A stretch of 64,000 bases of DNA from Eledone cirrhosa (lineage: Eukaryota), in assembly GCA_964016885.1 (NCBI GenBank), contig OZ024742.1:360220001-360284000 (forward strand), read 5' to 3'. The notes below the pieces were generated by a model. It made no database searches. It was not told where the DNA came from and saw only the letters and a program-made list of their open reading frames with translations. The position numbers and the translations under genes are program-made. Shown here in pieces: positions 43,570 to 53,889 of this stretch. Position 1 is the stretch's first letter. Each line of letters starts with the position of its first letter.

Positions 43570-44408
43570 TCTGGCGCTTTTTGTCCGCAAATCCAAGTTC
43601 AGTCATACTTTGGTCCAAGCGGGTTGGTATATAACCCGTAGCTCCAATAATGATGGATATGAAGCTAAAGGTGTATCTTGGATACTGGATTTGTAAACTC
43701 CTCATCAATGATCCGTAGATGTCCTCCTTCTCCTGTATTTGTCTGACAACGTTTACATCAAGTGGGCAGCTGATCTCCACAACAGAACACGTTTTCAATG
43801 TGTGGTCCCAAACAAAAATATCAGGCCGGTTGTGCTTTAATTTGGTGGCAGTTTTTATTTTCAGGTTCCACCAGAATTCCTTAGTGCCATCTGTCTCAAT
43901 ATATTCTTCCTCGTTTGTTGTTAATTTTGTTTTCCGAAGTGCGTTCCAGATGGTTCTAGCTATCCCATCGTGTCTCATGGGAGGTAGTAGCGAGATGACA
44001 TTCTTTCGCAACTGGCAACAATGTGGCTTACATCCTCGATCTTTGTTTTACATAGCCTACATTTATTGTCAGCTGCTGGCCCTCCCCTTTTGTGCAGCAG
44101 ATATTTGGTAGGGAGTTCTTGTTCCTGTATTGCATAGAGATATCCCTCAAGGTGTGATGTCATAAACTTGTCGGAACTCCATGCCAGGCTTTTTGAGTGG
44201 TTTATCCCCTCTATGGTCTGTGTTTTACGTCTCAAGTATCCATGCACAACTTTTTCTGTAAATTGGTCAATTTTTTTATCTTGTTTGAACATTGAATAGG
44301 ATCTTCCGATTTCTCTGGGTGAGAGATTTATATCAGGCTTTATTCCATATCTCTCCTCCAGATCAGTCGCTATTCTAATGATTTTTATTTTATGCTCTTT
44401 TTTTTCAA
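43570..44408 (-). mobile_element. 3' fragment of an RLE-type non-LTR retrotransposon (R4/Dong-like): CCHC knuckle plus restriction-like endonuclease
   Basis: LYAIQEQELPTKY...CRLCKTKIEDVSHIVASC..., frameshift near 43980, then RHDGIAR...HNRPDIFVWD...VVEISCP...EKEDIY (PD-(D/E)xK-type motif). Confidence 0.8.
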
Positions 44409-44617
44409 TGTCTGTATGTATGTATGTATGTATGTATGTATGTATGTATGTATGTATGTATGTATGTATGTATGTATGTATGCATGCATGTATGTATGTA
44501 TGTATGTATGTATGTATGTATGTATGTATGTATGTATGTATGTATGCATGCATGCATGTATGTATGTATGTATGTATGTATGTATGTATGTATGTATGTA
44601 TGTATGTATGTATGTAT
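44409..44617. repeat. (TATG)n microsatellite
   Basis: About 50 TATG units with occasional CATG. Confidence 0.98.
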
Positions 44618-45365
44618 GTCAGATGAAATTCCAGTGCAAGCCAAGGTGCCTCTGACATAGTCCCGGTACCGCGTTTTTTATTTGCGCGGTGGTCGTTTTC
44701 CTTCGCACAGTTCACCGTAGAGAAGTTGCTTTGGAATACGATCATCAGACATCCACACCACGTGATCGCACCACCTCAACTGATGCCGAATGATCATGCT
44801 CTTTATACTTATGCTCCTGTTCCGTTCGAGAACTTCCAAATCGCTGACAAACAGTTTCCATCACACCCCAAGTATCTTATGAAGAGATTGTTGGTGAAAC
44901 CTCTCCAGTTCCTTGAGGTGCGTTCTGTATGTGACCCACGTTTCATAAGCATAAAGCAAAGAGGAGACGACACAAGTCAGATACACATGGGAGAAAATGG
45001 CTGAAGTGTGAAGTGGAGACGTTTGATCAAGTCAGGGAGTGATCATTTTGAAACTCGTACGAAGAGAACACCAAACACTGAAAAGGAACTGTTCTGAACT
45101 AACTGCTGTTGAGCAACATATGGTTTGCCAGCACTGTGGTCGAGTCTGCCTGAGCAAAGCTGGTCTGATTAGACATGAACAAAGTCATATCAGTAGACCT
45201 CATGTGGATTACGAACAGCATGATCTGAAAAATTGTTGGGAAAGTGGCAAATGATGTGCTAGCATGGGAGGTCTTAAAAGACCCATGAGAACACAATCAG
45301 AACCAAGCAGCGAAAAGTCCCAGAGAAGCCTACAATTGCCATGTATGTGCTAGAGGGTGCAAGTC
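44618..45365 (+). mobile_element. RTE-clade LINE 3' fragment with inverted 5' part (44618-44984 minus; 44985-45365 plus)
   Basis: Minus: VYLTCVVSSLLYAYETWVTYRTHLKELERFHQ...QLRWCDHVVWMSDDRIPKQLLYGEL...RYRDYVRGTLACTGISSD. Plus continues TWEKMAE..WRRLIKSG..CQHCGRVCLSKAGLIRHEQSH and further decayed C2H2 fingers. Confidence 0.85.
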
Positions 45366-45434
45366 TTTTCCTATTTCCCACTCTACTATCCTAAGTATCG
45401 AGTACTCTGGTGCGTTATGGTCCACCTGGTTCCT
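45365..45434 (-). repeat. Copy 1 (inverted) of a local dispersed repeat
   Basis: Reverse complement of AAGGAACCAGGTGGACCATAACGCACCAGAGTACTCGATACTTAGGATAGTAGAGTGGGAAATAGG; related to 47857-47980 and 48980-49091. Confidence 0.85.
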
Positions 45435-45631
45435 TTGAAACGAGACGTCCGTCTGGGAAGAGATATATTCGATATGTCTCATATGAAATAATACAGCCAA
45501 TTTTCCACACAATACATTTAGTTAGCACCCCGAACGTTTAATTAGGAATATACTCACTTATTTCCTAATGTTTGTTGAGTGAGTTGGAATTTGGCCGGAA
45601 TATCGCTAAAAGCTTTCTCCGATAATGTATT

Positions 45632-45683
<52 letters not shown>

Positions 45684-45806
45684 AGGAGGTGAGTTTTATT
45701 GTAGCACAATAAAGCAATGCAAATATCGAATAAGTAGCACTCAACAGTTTATAGGACTGGAGTATAGATAATATAAAATCAAAATATGGTTAAAAGAGTT
45801 CCATGT

Positions 45807-45874
45807 ATTTTATTATGCCATTTCAAAAACAAATATCATCACGGGATGATATTTGCGTTCTCATCAGATAAAAT
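45807..45874 (-). ncRNA. Type I hammerhead ribozyme
   Basis: Minus strand: ATTTTAT CTGATGA GAAC GCAAATATCATC CCGT GATGATATTTGT TTTT GAAA TGGC ATA ATAAAAT (stem I, core, stem II, GAAA, minimal stem III, triplet ATA, stem I'). Confidence 0.8.
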
Positions 45875-45983
45875 GGGGAGACATGAAATGAAGCTTAAAA
45901 AACACTTGCGAGCAGTGAAGTGTTAAATCAACATAACACTTCACTGCTCGCAAGTGTTTTTTAAGCTTCATATCATGTCTTCC

Positions 45984-46054
45984 TATTTTATCTGATGAGA
46001 CCGCAAATATCATCCCGTAATGATATTTGTTTTTGAAATGCGCATTATAAAATA
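45984..46054 (+). ncRNA. Type I hammerhead ribozyme
   Basis: TATTTTAT CTGATGA GACC GCAAATATCAT CCCGTA ATGATATTTGT TTTT GAAA TGCGC ATT ATAAAATA; palindromic stem III ATGCGCAT; triplet ATT; base of stem II weakened. Confidence 0.75.
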
Positions 46055-46084
46055 CATGGAACTCTTTTAACCATCTTTTGATTT

Positions 46085-46125
<41 letters not shown>

Positions 46126-46165
46126 TTTTGCGAGGTTTTTGATATGAAATCGTGTGTCGAAACAA

Positions 46166-46513
46166 ATATTGTTATACTTGGGGAGGGTCATATTTGTGTA
46201 ATAATATTGACAGAATTAATAACAGGACACACTCACTGTTTGGTTGGTTTTCGCTTCTGTGTCTTTTATATCGGTTAATTTAATTTAATTTATTCGGTCC
46301 TCAATGTTACCATTGACTGACCAACGGTCAAAAATACAGATATAATATAGACACAAACACATATATAGTCAAACAAAGTTCTTTTGTTTCACATCCGCAA
46401 CATCGTCAGTGGTGCTATTATGTTTCCTCCCGTTGTATTGTATGCCTACGCCATCTTTATTCTGTTATTAATTCTGGCAATATTATTACACAAATATGAC
46501 CCTCCCCAAGTAT

Positions 46514-46521
<8 letters not shown>
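46166..46521. repeat. Inverted repeat, ~60-bp arms, in a (TA)n-flanked island
   Basis: 46166-46225 (ATATTGTTATACTTGGGGAGGGTCATATTTGTGTAATAATATTG..AATAACAG) pairs with 46462-46521. Confidence 0.9.
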
Positions 46522-46565
<44 letters not shown>

Positions 46566-46614
46566 TACTTGTTTAACAGTGATAATAACAAAGGCAAGTT
46601 ATTTTATTCTTTTC

Positions 46615-46740
46615 ATTGTTTTACGTTCGTTTCGGAGGGTTGATCATATTTATATATTAACTGACCAATAGCAGTTAGAGAACTGTATACTATCAGACAT
46701 AATATATCGGTTGGATCATACCGTCTTCTTCGGAAACAAT
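46615..46740 (-). ncRNA. Hammerhead-like motif with U4>C core change and long stem II insert
   Basis: Minus strand: ATTGTTT CCGAAGA AGACGGTATGATC...GATCAACCCTCC GAAAC GAAC GTA AAACAAT; perfect 7-bp stem I. Confidence 0.65.
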
Positions 46741-46949
46741 GTATATGTATAGTTTAGTCTAGTAAAGGTCTTTTTACATTTACAAATAATAATTGAAATG
46801 TATACGTGTTTTCCTTAAGTATATACAGTGTATATATATATATATATATATATACACAGTATATATATAAAGTAGGAAAATACGTATACATTTCAATCAT
46901 TATTTGTAAATGTAAAAAGACCTTTACTAGACTAAACTATACATATACA
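46740..46949. repeat. Inverted repeat, ~75-bp arms around a (TA)n spacer
   Basis: TGTATATGTATAGTTTAGTCTAGTAAAGGTCTTTTTACATTTACAAATAA... (46740-46815) vs its reverse complement at 46874-46949. Confidence 0.9.
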
Positions 46950-47099
46950 CACAACAATATATATTTACATCAACACATACATTCTCACGTATACACACAC
47001 ACACATTCAACGAATACAGGCGCACGCGAACCACACATATTTACACCAGCACACGTACATTCTCACTTATACACTTATACACACGCATTCATGAATACA

Positions 47100-47348
47100 C
47101 ACATATAAACACACACATGCACGCACACACACACACACACACACATTCTCACATTTACTCACACACCGCCACACACACACAGCCAGGCACACACACACCG
47201 CCAGACACACACACACCGCCAGACACACACATCCCCACACACACACAGCCAGGCACACACACACCGCCACACACACACACACCGCCAGGCACACACACAC
47301 CGCCAGGCACACACACCGTCACACACACACAGCCAGACACACACACAG
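47100..47348. repeat. CA-rich compound minisatellite (~18-bp CACACACACCGCCAGGCA-like unit)
   Basis: (CA)n punctuated regularly by CCGCCAG/AGCCAGG. Confidence 0.85.
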
Positions 47349-47561
47349 CGCTAGGCGGCCTTCAGCAGTATAGAGACGGCAGCCTGTATATAAGGGAGAA
47401 TACAGAACAACGTAGATTTAGGGTGACTCATCGTTGCACTATGTAATTCTGGTAAATGGAACCGTTACCATTTAGACATATGTGTGTCTCTTAGTATGTA
47501 TGTGGGCCTATATGCTTGTTTAGATATATATTTAGATACATACGCATATATGCACACACAC

Positions 47562-47683
<122 letters not shown>

Positions 47684-47713
47684 ATATATATATTTGTATA
47701 ACATATATATGTA

Positions 47714-47776
<63 letters not shown>

Positions 47777-47797
47777 TTATATATACACATATGTATG

Positions 47798-47837
<40 letters not shown>

Positions 47838-47856
47838 AAAGCTCAAACTATATATA

Positions 47857-47980
47857 TAACGAAGGAGTTGTGGTAAGGAACCAGATGGACCATAACGTAC
47901 CAGAGTACTCAATACTTAGGGTAGTAGAGTGGGAAATATGAAAAAGTATGACCCCGACAGCAGAGCTCAAGCCGTTTCGA
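47857..47980 (+). repeat. Copy 2 of local dispersed repeat, starting at (TA)n
   Basis: TAACGAAGGAGTTGTGGTAAGGAACCAGATGGACCATAACG...GACCCCGACAGCAGAGCTCAAGCCGTTTC. Confidence 0.85.
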
Positions 47981-48306
47981 CGGCTATTTCTGGGCTGAAA
48001 TAGTCCAGAAATAGTCCAGAAATAGCCCTTGAATCATAGACAACCTATGTATTTCTGGGGGTACCTAGTATCCCTGGACATATTAACTTCAATCTCTTTC
48101 TCCGTCCGTTGAGAACAATTCTGTTGCTCTATTTAGCTGCTATTTTTTTAGTAGTAATTGTAGACAGCAAGTCTTTGATTTTCCCGCTTTTACTTCGGTC
48201 CAGTTTACATACGGGTCACTTTTACGACCTTTCAGACCTTTATTTGCTGGCAGGAGGTTATATATTTTGTCGTTCCTGGGACGTTTAGCCCTAAGAAGAG
48301 AAAATG

Positions 48307-48396
48307 CTTCTCTGATGAGCTTTGGTTTTCCATCATAAATCCATCGGATTTATGAGGTTTTACAAAGCGAAACTGATCAGTAAGGGCCACTAGAAG
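48307..48396 (+). ncRNA. Type I hammerhead ribozyme
   Basis: CTGATGA (48312-48318); stem II GCTTTG/CAAAGC enclosing TCATAAATCC/GGATTTATGA; GAAAC (48369-48373); palindromic stem III ACTGATCAGT; GTA (48380-48382); short stem I with wobble pairs TTCT/AGGG. Confidence 0.8.
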
Positions 48397-48468
48397 AGGT
48401 AAATATTTATATTATATTTTTTAATGTATTTTTAAAAAATTGGTTGAATTTTACTTGTTCTGCTTATC

Positions 48469-48545
<77 letters not shown>

Positions 48546-48596
48546 ATATATATATATATATATTTCTATATATATATATGTATATATATATATATG

Positions 48597-48674
<78 letters not shown>

Positions 48675-48814
48675 AAAGTTCTATTTAAAATTGTTGGGAT
48701 ACAACTAATATAATAAAATAATTATAAACATCTCACTATCCAGACAGCTTTCAAAAATAATGGTTGCATTTAATAGGGTACGTCAAAATTATTTATAAAA
48801 GTGTTTATATATTG

Positions 48815-48879
48815 TATTTTGTCTGATGAAGGCATACCATATTTTAATTTGGTATCCCTGAAATATGTATAATGAAATA
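48815..48879 (+). ncRNA. Type I hammerhead ribozyme
   Basis: TATTTTGT CTGATGA AGGCATACCA TATTTTAATT TGGTATCCCT GAAA TATGT ATA ATGAAATA; 8-bp stem I with two G-U pairs; stem II 9 of 10 paired. Confidence 0.8.
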
Positions 48880-48919
48880 AATATGGTTTTATAAATATAG
48901 TTTCCATTTATTTAATATC

Positions 48920-48979
<60 letters not shown>

Positions 48980-48983
<4 letters not shown>

Positions 48984-49130
48984 CGAAGGAAATGTGGTAA
49001 GGAACGAGGTGGACCATAACGCACCAAAGTACTCAATACTTAGGGTGGGTAATAGGACAAGTAAGACCCCGACGGCTGAGCTCAAGCCGTTACGGCTTGA
49101 GCTCAGCCGTCGGGGTTTTACTTGTTCCTA
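48980..49130 (+). repeat. Copy 3 of local dispersed repeat, ending in a fold-back hairpin (49053-49130)
   Basis: Same start at (TA)n as copy 2; TAGGACAAGTAAGACCCCGACGGCTGAGCTCAAGCCGT-T-ACGGCTTGAGCTCAGCCGTCGGGGTTTTACTTGTTCCTA. Confidence 0.9.
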
Positions 49131-49148
49131 TATATATATATATATATC

Positions 49149-49254
49149 ATAAAATATATACTATTTCTTCTTCTAATTAGCATAATTAACCATATAAAAA
49201 ATCAATTATATGGTTAATTATGCCAATTAGAAGAAGAAATAGTATATATTTTAT
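49149..49254. repeat. Fold-back inverted repeat, ~47-bp arms
   Basis: ATAAAATATATACTATTTCTTCTTCTAATTAGCATAATTAACCATATA ... TATATGGTTAATTATGCCAATTAGAAGAAGAAATAGTATATATTTTAT. Confidence 0.9.
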
Positions 49255-49379
49255 CTGATGATTCTAAAGACATGATTTATGATATATTGCTCTGATTTTT
49301 TAATTTATTAATTCTTCATAGAGCTTAAAAGTGACCAGTTGCAACATGTATATATCTATAACTTTATGTATATGTTAAC

Positions 49380-49463
<84 letters not shown>

Positions 49464-49486
49464 ATATGTATGTATATATATATATA

Positions 49487-50140
49487 AAATATTTTCTCCA
49501 TTTTCTCTCCATTTTTAACCCGTTAGTTCCATTCATTCACCATTCTCTATATTCTCTCTATCGTATTTTCTCTATCGTATTTCTCTATCGTATTTTCCAA
49601 AACAAATCTTCTGCTTGTTAAATTATGCCCAAAATACGGGGATCTTATTTATAACCTTACCTTCTCGTATTTTCCAAACCTTAATTCTGTCGTATTTTCA
49701 AAACATAACAAATCCTTCTTATATATTCTTTTAAATATATTTTGTTATGTTGGCTAAGTTTTACGCCAAACCTCGAGTGCTTTATTTAAACTCATCGCTG
49801 CCCATCCTATCTTCTCCCTAACCCATACATCATGCTGGTTTCGAGGTCAACCCCCCTCTCTCTATACATATAAGATAAACCCTACCAAATACGAAAAAAT
49901 CAGAGTCGCTACATCCCTATTCTGGTATGGCTGTTTCATTGGTATAATGTAACGTAGACAAATATTTTCTCCATTCTCTCTCCATTTTTAACCCGTTAGT
50001 TCCATTCATTCACCATTCTCTATATACTCTCTATCGTATTTTCTCTATCGTATTTCTCTATCGTATTTTCCAAAACAAATCTTGTGCTTGTTAAATTATG
50101 CCCAAAATACGGGGATCTTATTTATAACCTTACCTTCTCG
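49487..50140 (+). repeat. 181-bp direct repeat (49487-49667 and 49960-50140; period 473 bp) upstream of the RTE ORF
   Basis: AAATATTTTCTCCATT...CCCAAAATACGGGGATCTTATTTATAACCTTACCTTCTCG present twice with few substitutions. Confidence 0.92.
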
Positions 50141-50455
50141 CTAACTACTCAACATCCCCCCCTCCCTACTGACATTACGCACCACCATTATTACGTGGAC
50201 CAATCATAAGTCAGAGGCCTATACTATCACTTACCTGGTTGCCTTTCGATATGATGGATGGACTACGGAATTCTGGAGAGTTGAAGAGAGAAAAATCTAG
50301 ACGCTCAGCGACAATGCCAAAGATAAAGACAAATTCGCCTCGTGGACGAGAATGCAAGCACTCCTCCTTGTTTCGGCCGCGGATGGCTAACATAACCCCA
50401 ACTCCGCTATCCCCCCCCCGCTCCCCACCGCTCCCACCCTCCAAACGCAATCCCA

Positions 50456-53400
50456 AACTTCAGAGTTGGTACCATGAATGTAGGCACCTTAAAGGGTCGC
50501 TCTAACGAGGTTGTAGAAATGCTTGAACGTAAGGAGGTCGATGTTTGTTGTATCCAAGAGACCAGGTGGAGGGGAGGGTCTGCTAGATTCATCGTGGGTA
50601 AAGAACGATGCTATAAGCTTTTCTGGGTGGGAAATGACAATGGGCCGGGTGGAGTAGGAATCATGGTAGCAGAAAAGTGGGCAGATAAGATAATAGACGT
50701 AAATAGAGTGAACGACAGAATAATGAAAATAAGACTTGTCCTCAATAGAACTACGGTGACAGTAATATCTGCGTACGCACCCCAATCCGGACTGCCCAGC
50801 GCTATAAAAGACAGATTCTATGAGACACTGATGCTCGCTACCTCCCAAATAACCGACAGTGACTATATAATTATTGCAGGCGACCTAAACGGTCACGTTG
50901 GACAACATTGTGACGGCTATGACGGAATCCATGGAGGCTATGGGTTCGGTACTAGAAATGAGGAAGGCTCCAGAATCCTTGAATTCTGTGACGCAAATAA
51001 CCTAACTATCTGTAACACTAACTTCAAAAAACGAGACAATCACTTGATCACCTATAGATCGGGGGAACACACAAGCCAGGTAGATTATATCCTTACCAGA
51101 AGACGTGACAGAGTGTCTGTTGTTAACACTAAATCCCTCCCCCATGAAGAATTCACCTCCCAACATAGACTGATAATTAGCGACCTCATAGTCAGGACGA
51201 GACGTACTAGACAACAGAATAGGACTATCCTCAGGAGAAAAATATGGAAGCTAAAGGACCCCACAGCCAGAAACAAATTTCAAAGCATATTACTTGATGC
51301 TTTCGACAGTAAGGAAGAGAATTAGAGTCGTATAATATTGAGGAACAGTGGGAATTCCTGAAAGCAAACCTGCTGACGGCGGCAGACGAAGTCTGTGGCT
51401 GGAGCAGGCCTGTAGGTAGGAGGAGAGTAACATGGTGGTGGAACAGTAAGATGGAGGAGTCAATTAAGGCCAAAAAGCAGGCTTGGAAAGTATGGCGGGA
51501 TGGGGGAAGTAGAGAAGACTATCAAGTGGCCAGGAGGGAAGCTAGGAGACAAGTGTACCTCGCAAGAAGGGAAGCAGAGGAAAGAAAGTTCAAGCATGTT
51601 CTACAACGCGAGGACCAAAAACGTGAGGTGTTAAGGATTGCTAGGCAATGTGTCAAGGAAAACGGTGATATTGTCGGGGAGAAGTGTGTACTTAATGATG
51701 AAGGCGTATTTGCCATCACTGACGCTAAGAAGGTAGCTTGGAAGAGTCACTACGAAAGGCTTCTAAATGAGGAGAATAAATGGGAGAAAGACAGTCTCCC
51801 CCCCACATCGACCCAATAGAGGGACCAGCAGTGTTAGTCGAAGGTAGTATAATAAGTAAGGCAATCAAAGATATGAAGACGGGTAAGGCGGCTGGGCCTT
51901 CGGAAATAGTTGCTGAGATGCTGAAAGCCTCTGGAACGGTGGGACACACCATGGTCACCCGGATAGTAAACCAAGTCATACAGAATGGGGTTGTTCCGAA
52001 GGACTGGCATAGCAGCATCACCATTAACTGTTACAAGGGTAAAGGAGTTGCCCTAGATAGGTGTAACTATAGAGGCATTAAATTAATCGACCAGGTCATG
52101 AAGGTCACGGAAAAAGTAATAGCGCAACTAATCAGAGAGAGAATTGATCTAGATGAAATGCAGTTCGGGTTTGTGTCAGGAAAAAGTACCACAGACGCTC
52201 TTTTCATTGTACGACAACTACAGGAGAAGTACCTAGCTAAAAGTAAACCCCTATACTTAGCTTATGTTGACTTGGAGAAAGCCTTCGACAGAGTCCCCCG
52301 TTCCATTATCTGGTGGGCTCTTAGAAAACTAGGTGTTGACGAATGGCTTGTGAGAGCTATACAAGCCATGTATAAAGAAACAGTCAGCAAGGTTAGAATT
52401 AACAACGAATATAGTGAAGAGTTTAGCGTAAAAGTTGGTGTCCATCAGGGCTCTGTTCTTAGTCCCCTACTATTTATTATTGCCCTTCAGGCTATAACAG
52501 AGGAGTTCAAGACCGGCTGCCCATGGGAACTCCTATACGCAGATGATCTAACGCTCATAGCTGAATCAATGGCCGAGCTAGAGAAGAAATTCCAAACATG
52601 GAAGCACGGCCTAGAATCAAAAGGCCTTAAAATTAACCTGGCTAAGACTAAAGTTCTAGTTTGTAAGAAAGAAAATAAGGCGCCGGTCCCTTCCGGGAAA
52701 TGGCCATGCTCAGTGTGTAGGAAAGGCGTAGGTAGAAACTCTATTTTATGTCCCAAATGCAAAGTATGGGTGCATAAAAGATGTAGTGGGATCACAGGTA
52801 AGCTAACTAAGAACATAGATTTTACATGTGGCCGGTGCTCTGGTGCAATAAGTAGCAGCAAGTGCCCACAAAATACTAGCTCTTTCAATTGCGCAGAGGG
52901 TTCTATAGAAATAGTGGACAGCTTCCGTTACCTGGGCGACAAAATCAGCAGTGGGGGAGGGTGCTCTGAAAGTACAGTAGCTAGAGTCAGAACTGGTTGG
53001 AAAAAGTTCAGAGAGCTTATACCACTATTAGTCGCTAAAGGGTTCTCCCTAAGAATGAAAGGCAGGTTGTATGATGCCTGCATACGAACAGCAATGTTAC
53101 ATGGCAGTGAGACCTGGGCATTGTCTGCAGAGGATATACACAGACTGGAGAGGAACGAAGCTTGCATGCTCCGCTGGATGTGTAATAGTAACATACGTGA
53201 ACGGCAAAGCATATGCGAACTAAGGAAAAAATTAGAAATAAGAGGTATCAGATGTTGTTTACTCGAGAGAAGGCTACGTTGGTATGGTCACGTGATGCGC
53301 ATGAAAGACGACAGCTGTATAACAAAGTGCAGGGCAATAAAGATAGACGGTAGCTACGGAGTAGGCAGACCCAGAAAAACCTGGGACGAGCTGATAAATT

Positions 53401-53492
53401 CTGACCTCACACACTTACACCTCTCCAAGACAATGTCACTGGACCGAGACCTTTGGCGGTACTCAGTAATAGAGAAGACCCGCCTTACCTAA
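50456..53492 (+). pseudogene. RTE ORF: AP endonuclease, reverse transcriptase and internal PHD finger; two frameshifts (~51320, ~51800)
   Basis: APE: NFRVGTMNVGTL, CIQETRW, SAYAPQ, GDLNGHVG, VDYIL, SQHR. Linker TWWWN. RT: KAAGP, NYRGIKL, QFGF, DLEKAFDRV, GVHQGSVLSPLLF, LYADD, FRYLG, RLRWYGHV. Confidence 0.93.
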
Positions 53493-53889
53493 ATACAAAG
53501 TAAAACCTACTACAGCCAGTAGGCATCTCTAAAACAAAATACCCCCCCCCCCCCCCTCCTCCACCCCACCCCATCCACACCACCCCGTTCAATGTAAAGT
53601 TATGTTGGTGCCACACCATCCAGGCCGAAACAAATGAGGTCGTGTAGGTGTCACGACAAAAAAACACACAGTCCACGCTGTAATGTGGCCGTGTAGGCAA
53701 CACGGTAAAAACCTCCCAGACCCACACTGTAAATGTGGTTGGTGTTAGGAAGGGCATCCAACTGTAGAAAACCTGCCAGACAGTCCTATGCGAGCAAGAC
53801 AATCACTCTTGCCTCAAGTGGGAAAACCCCCGTCCAAACCTATGCAAGCGTGGAACACGGACGTTAAACGTTGATGATGATGATGATGA

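Larger units (their letters stand above)
45768..46092. repeat. Long palindrome: ~158-bp arms, 8-nt loop, one hammerhead per arm
   Basis: 45768-45925 is the reverse complement of 45934-46092 with scattered mismatches; loop AATCAACA. Confidence 0.95.

Noticed and set aside
49255-49360. CTGATGA ... GCAACATGTA as a hammerhead
   Set aside because: GAAA core absent and no convincing stems I or II; at most a heavily decayed remnant.
53541-53586. G-quadruplex-prone C-rich tract in the RTE 3' UTR
   Set aside because: Simple homopolymer-rich tract with no evidence of function.
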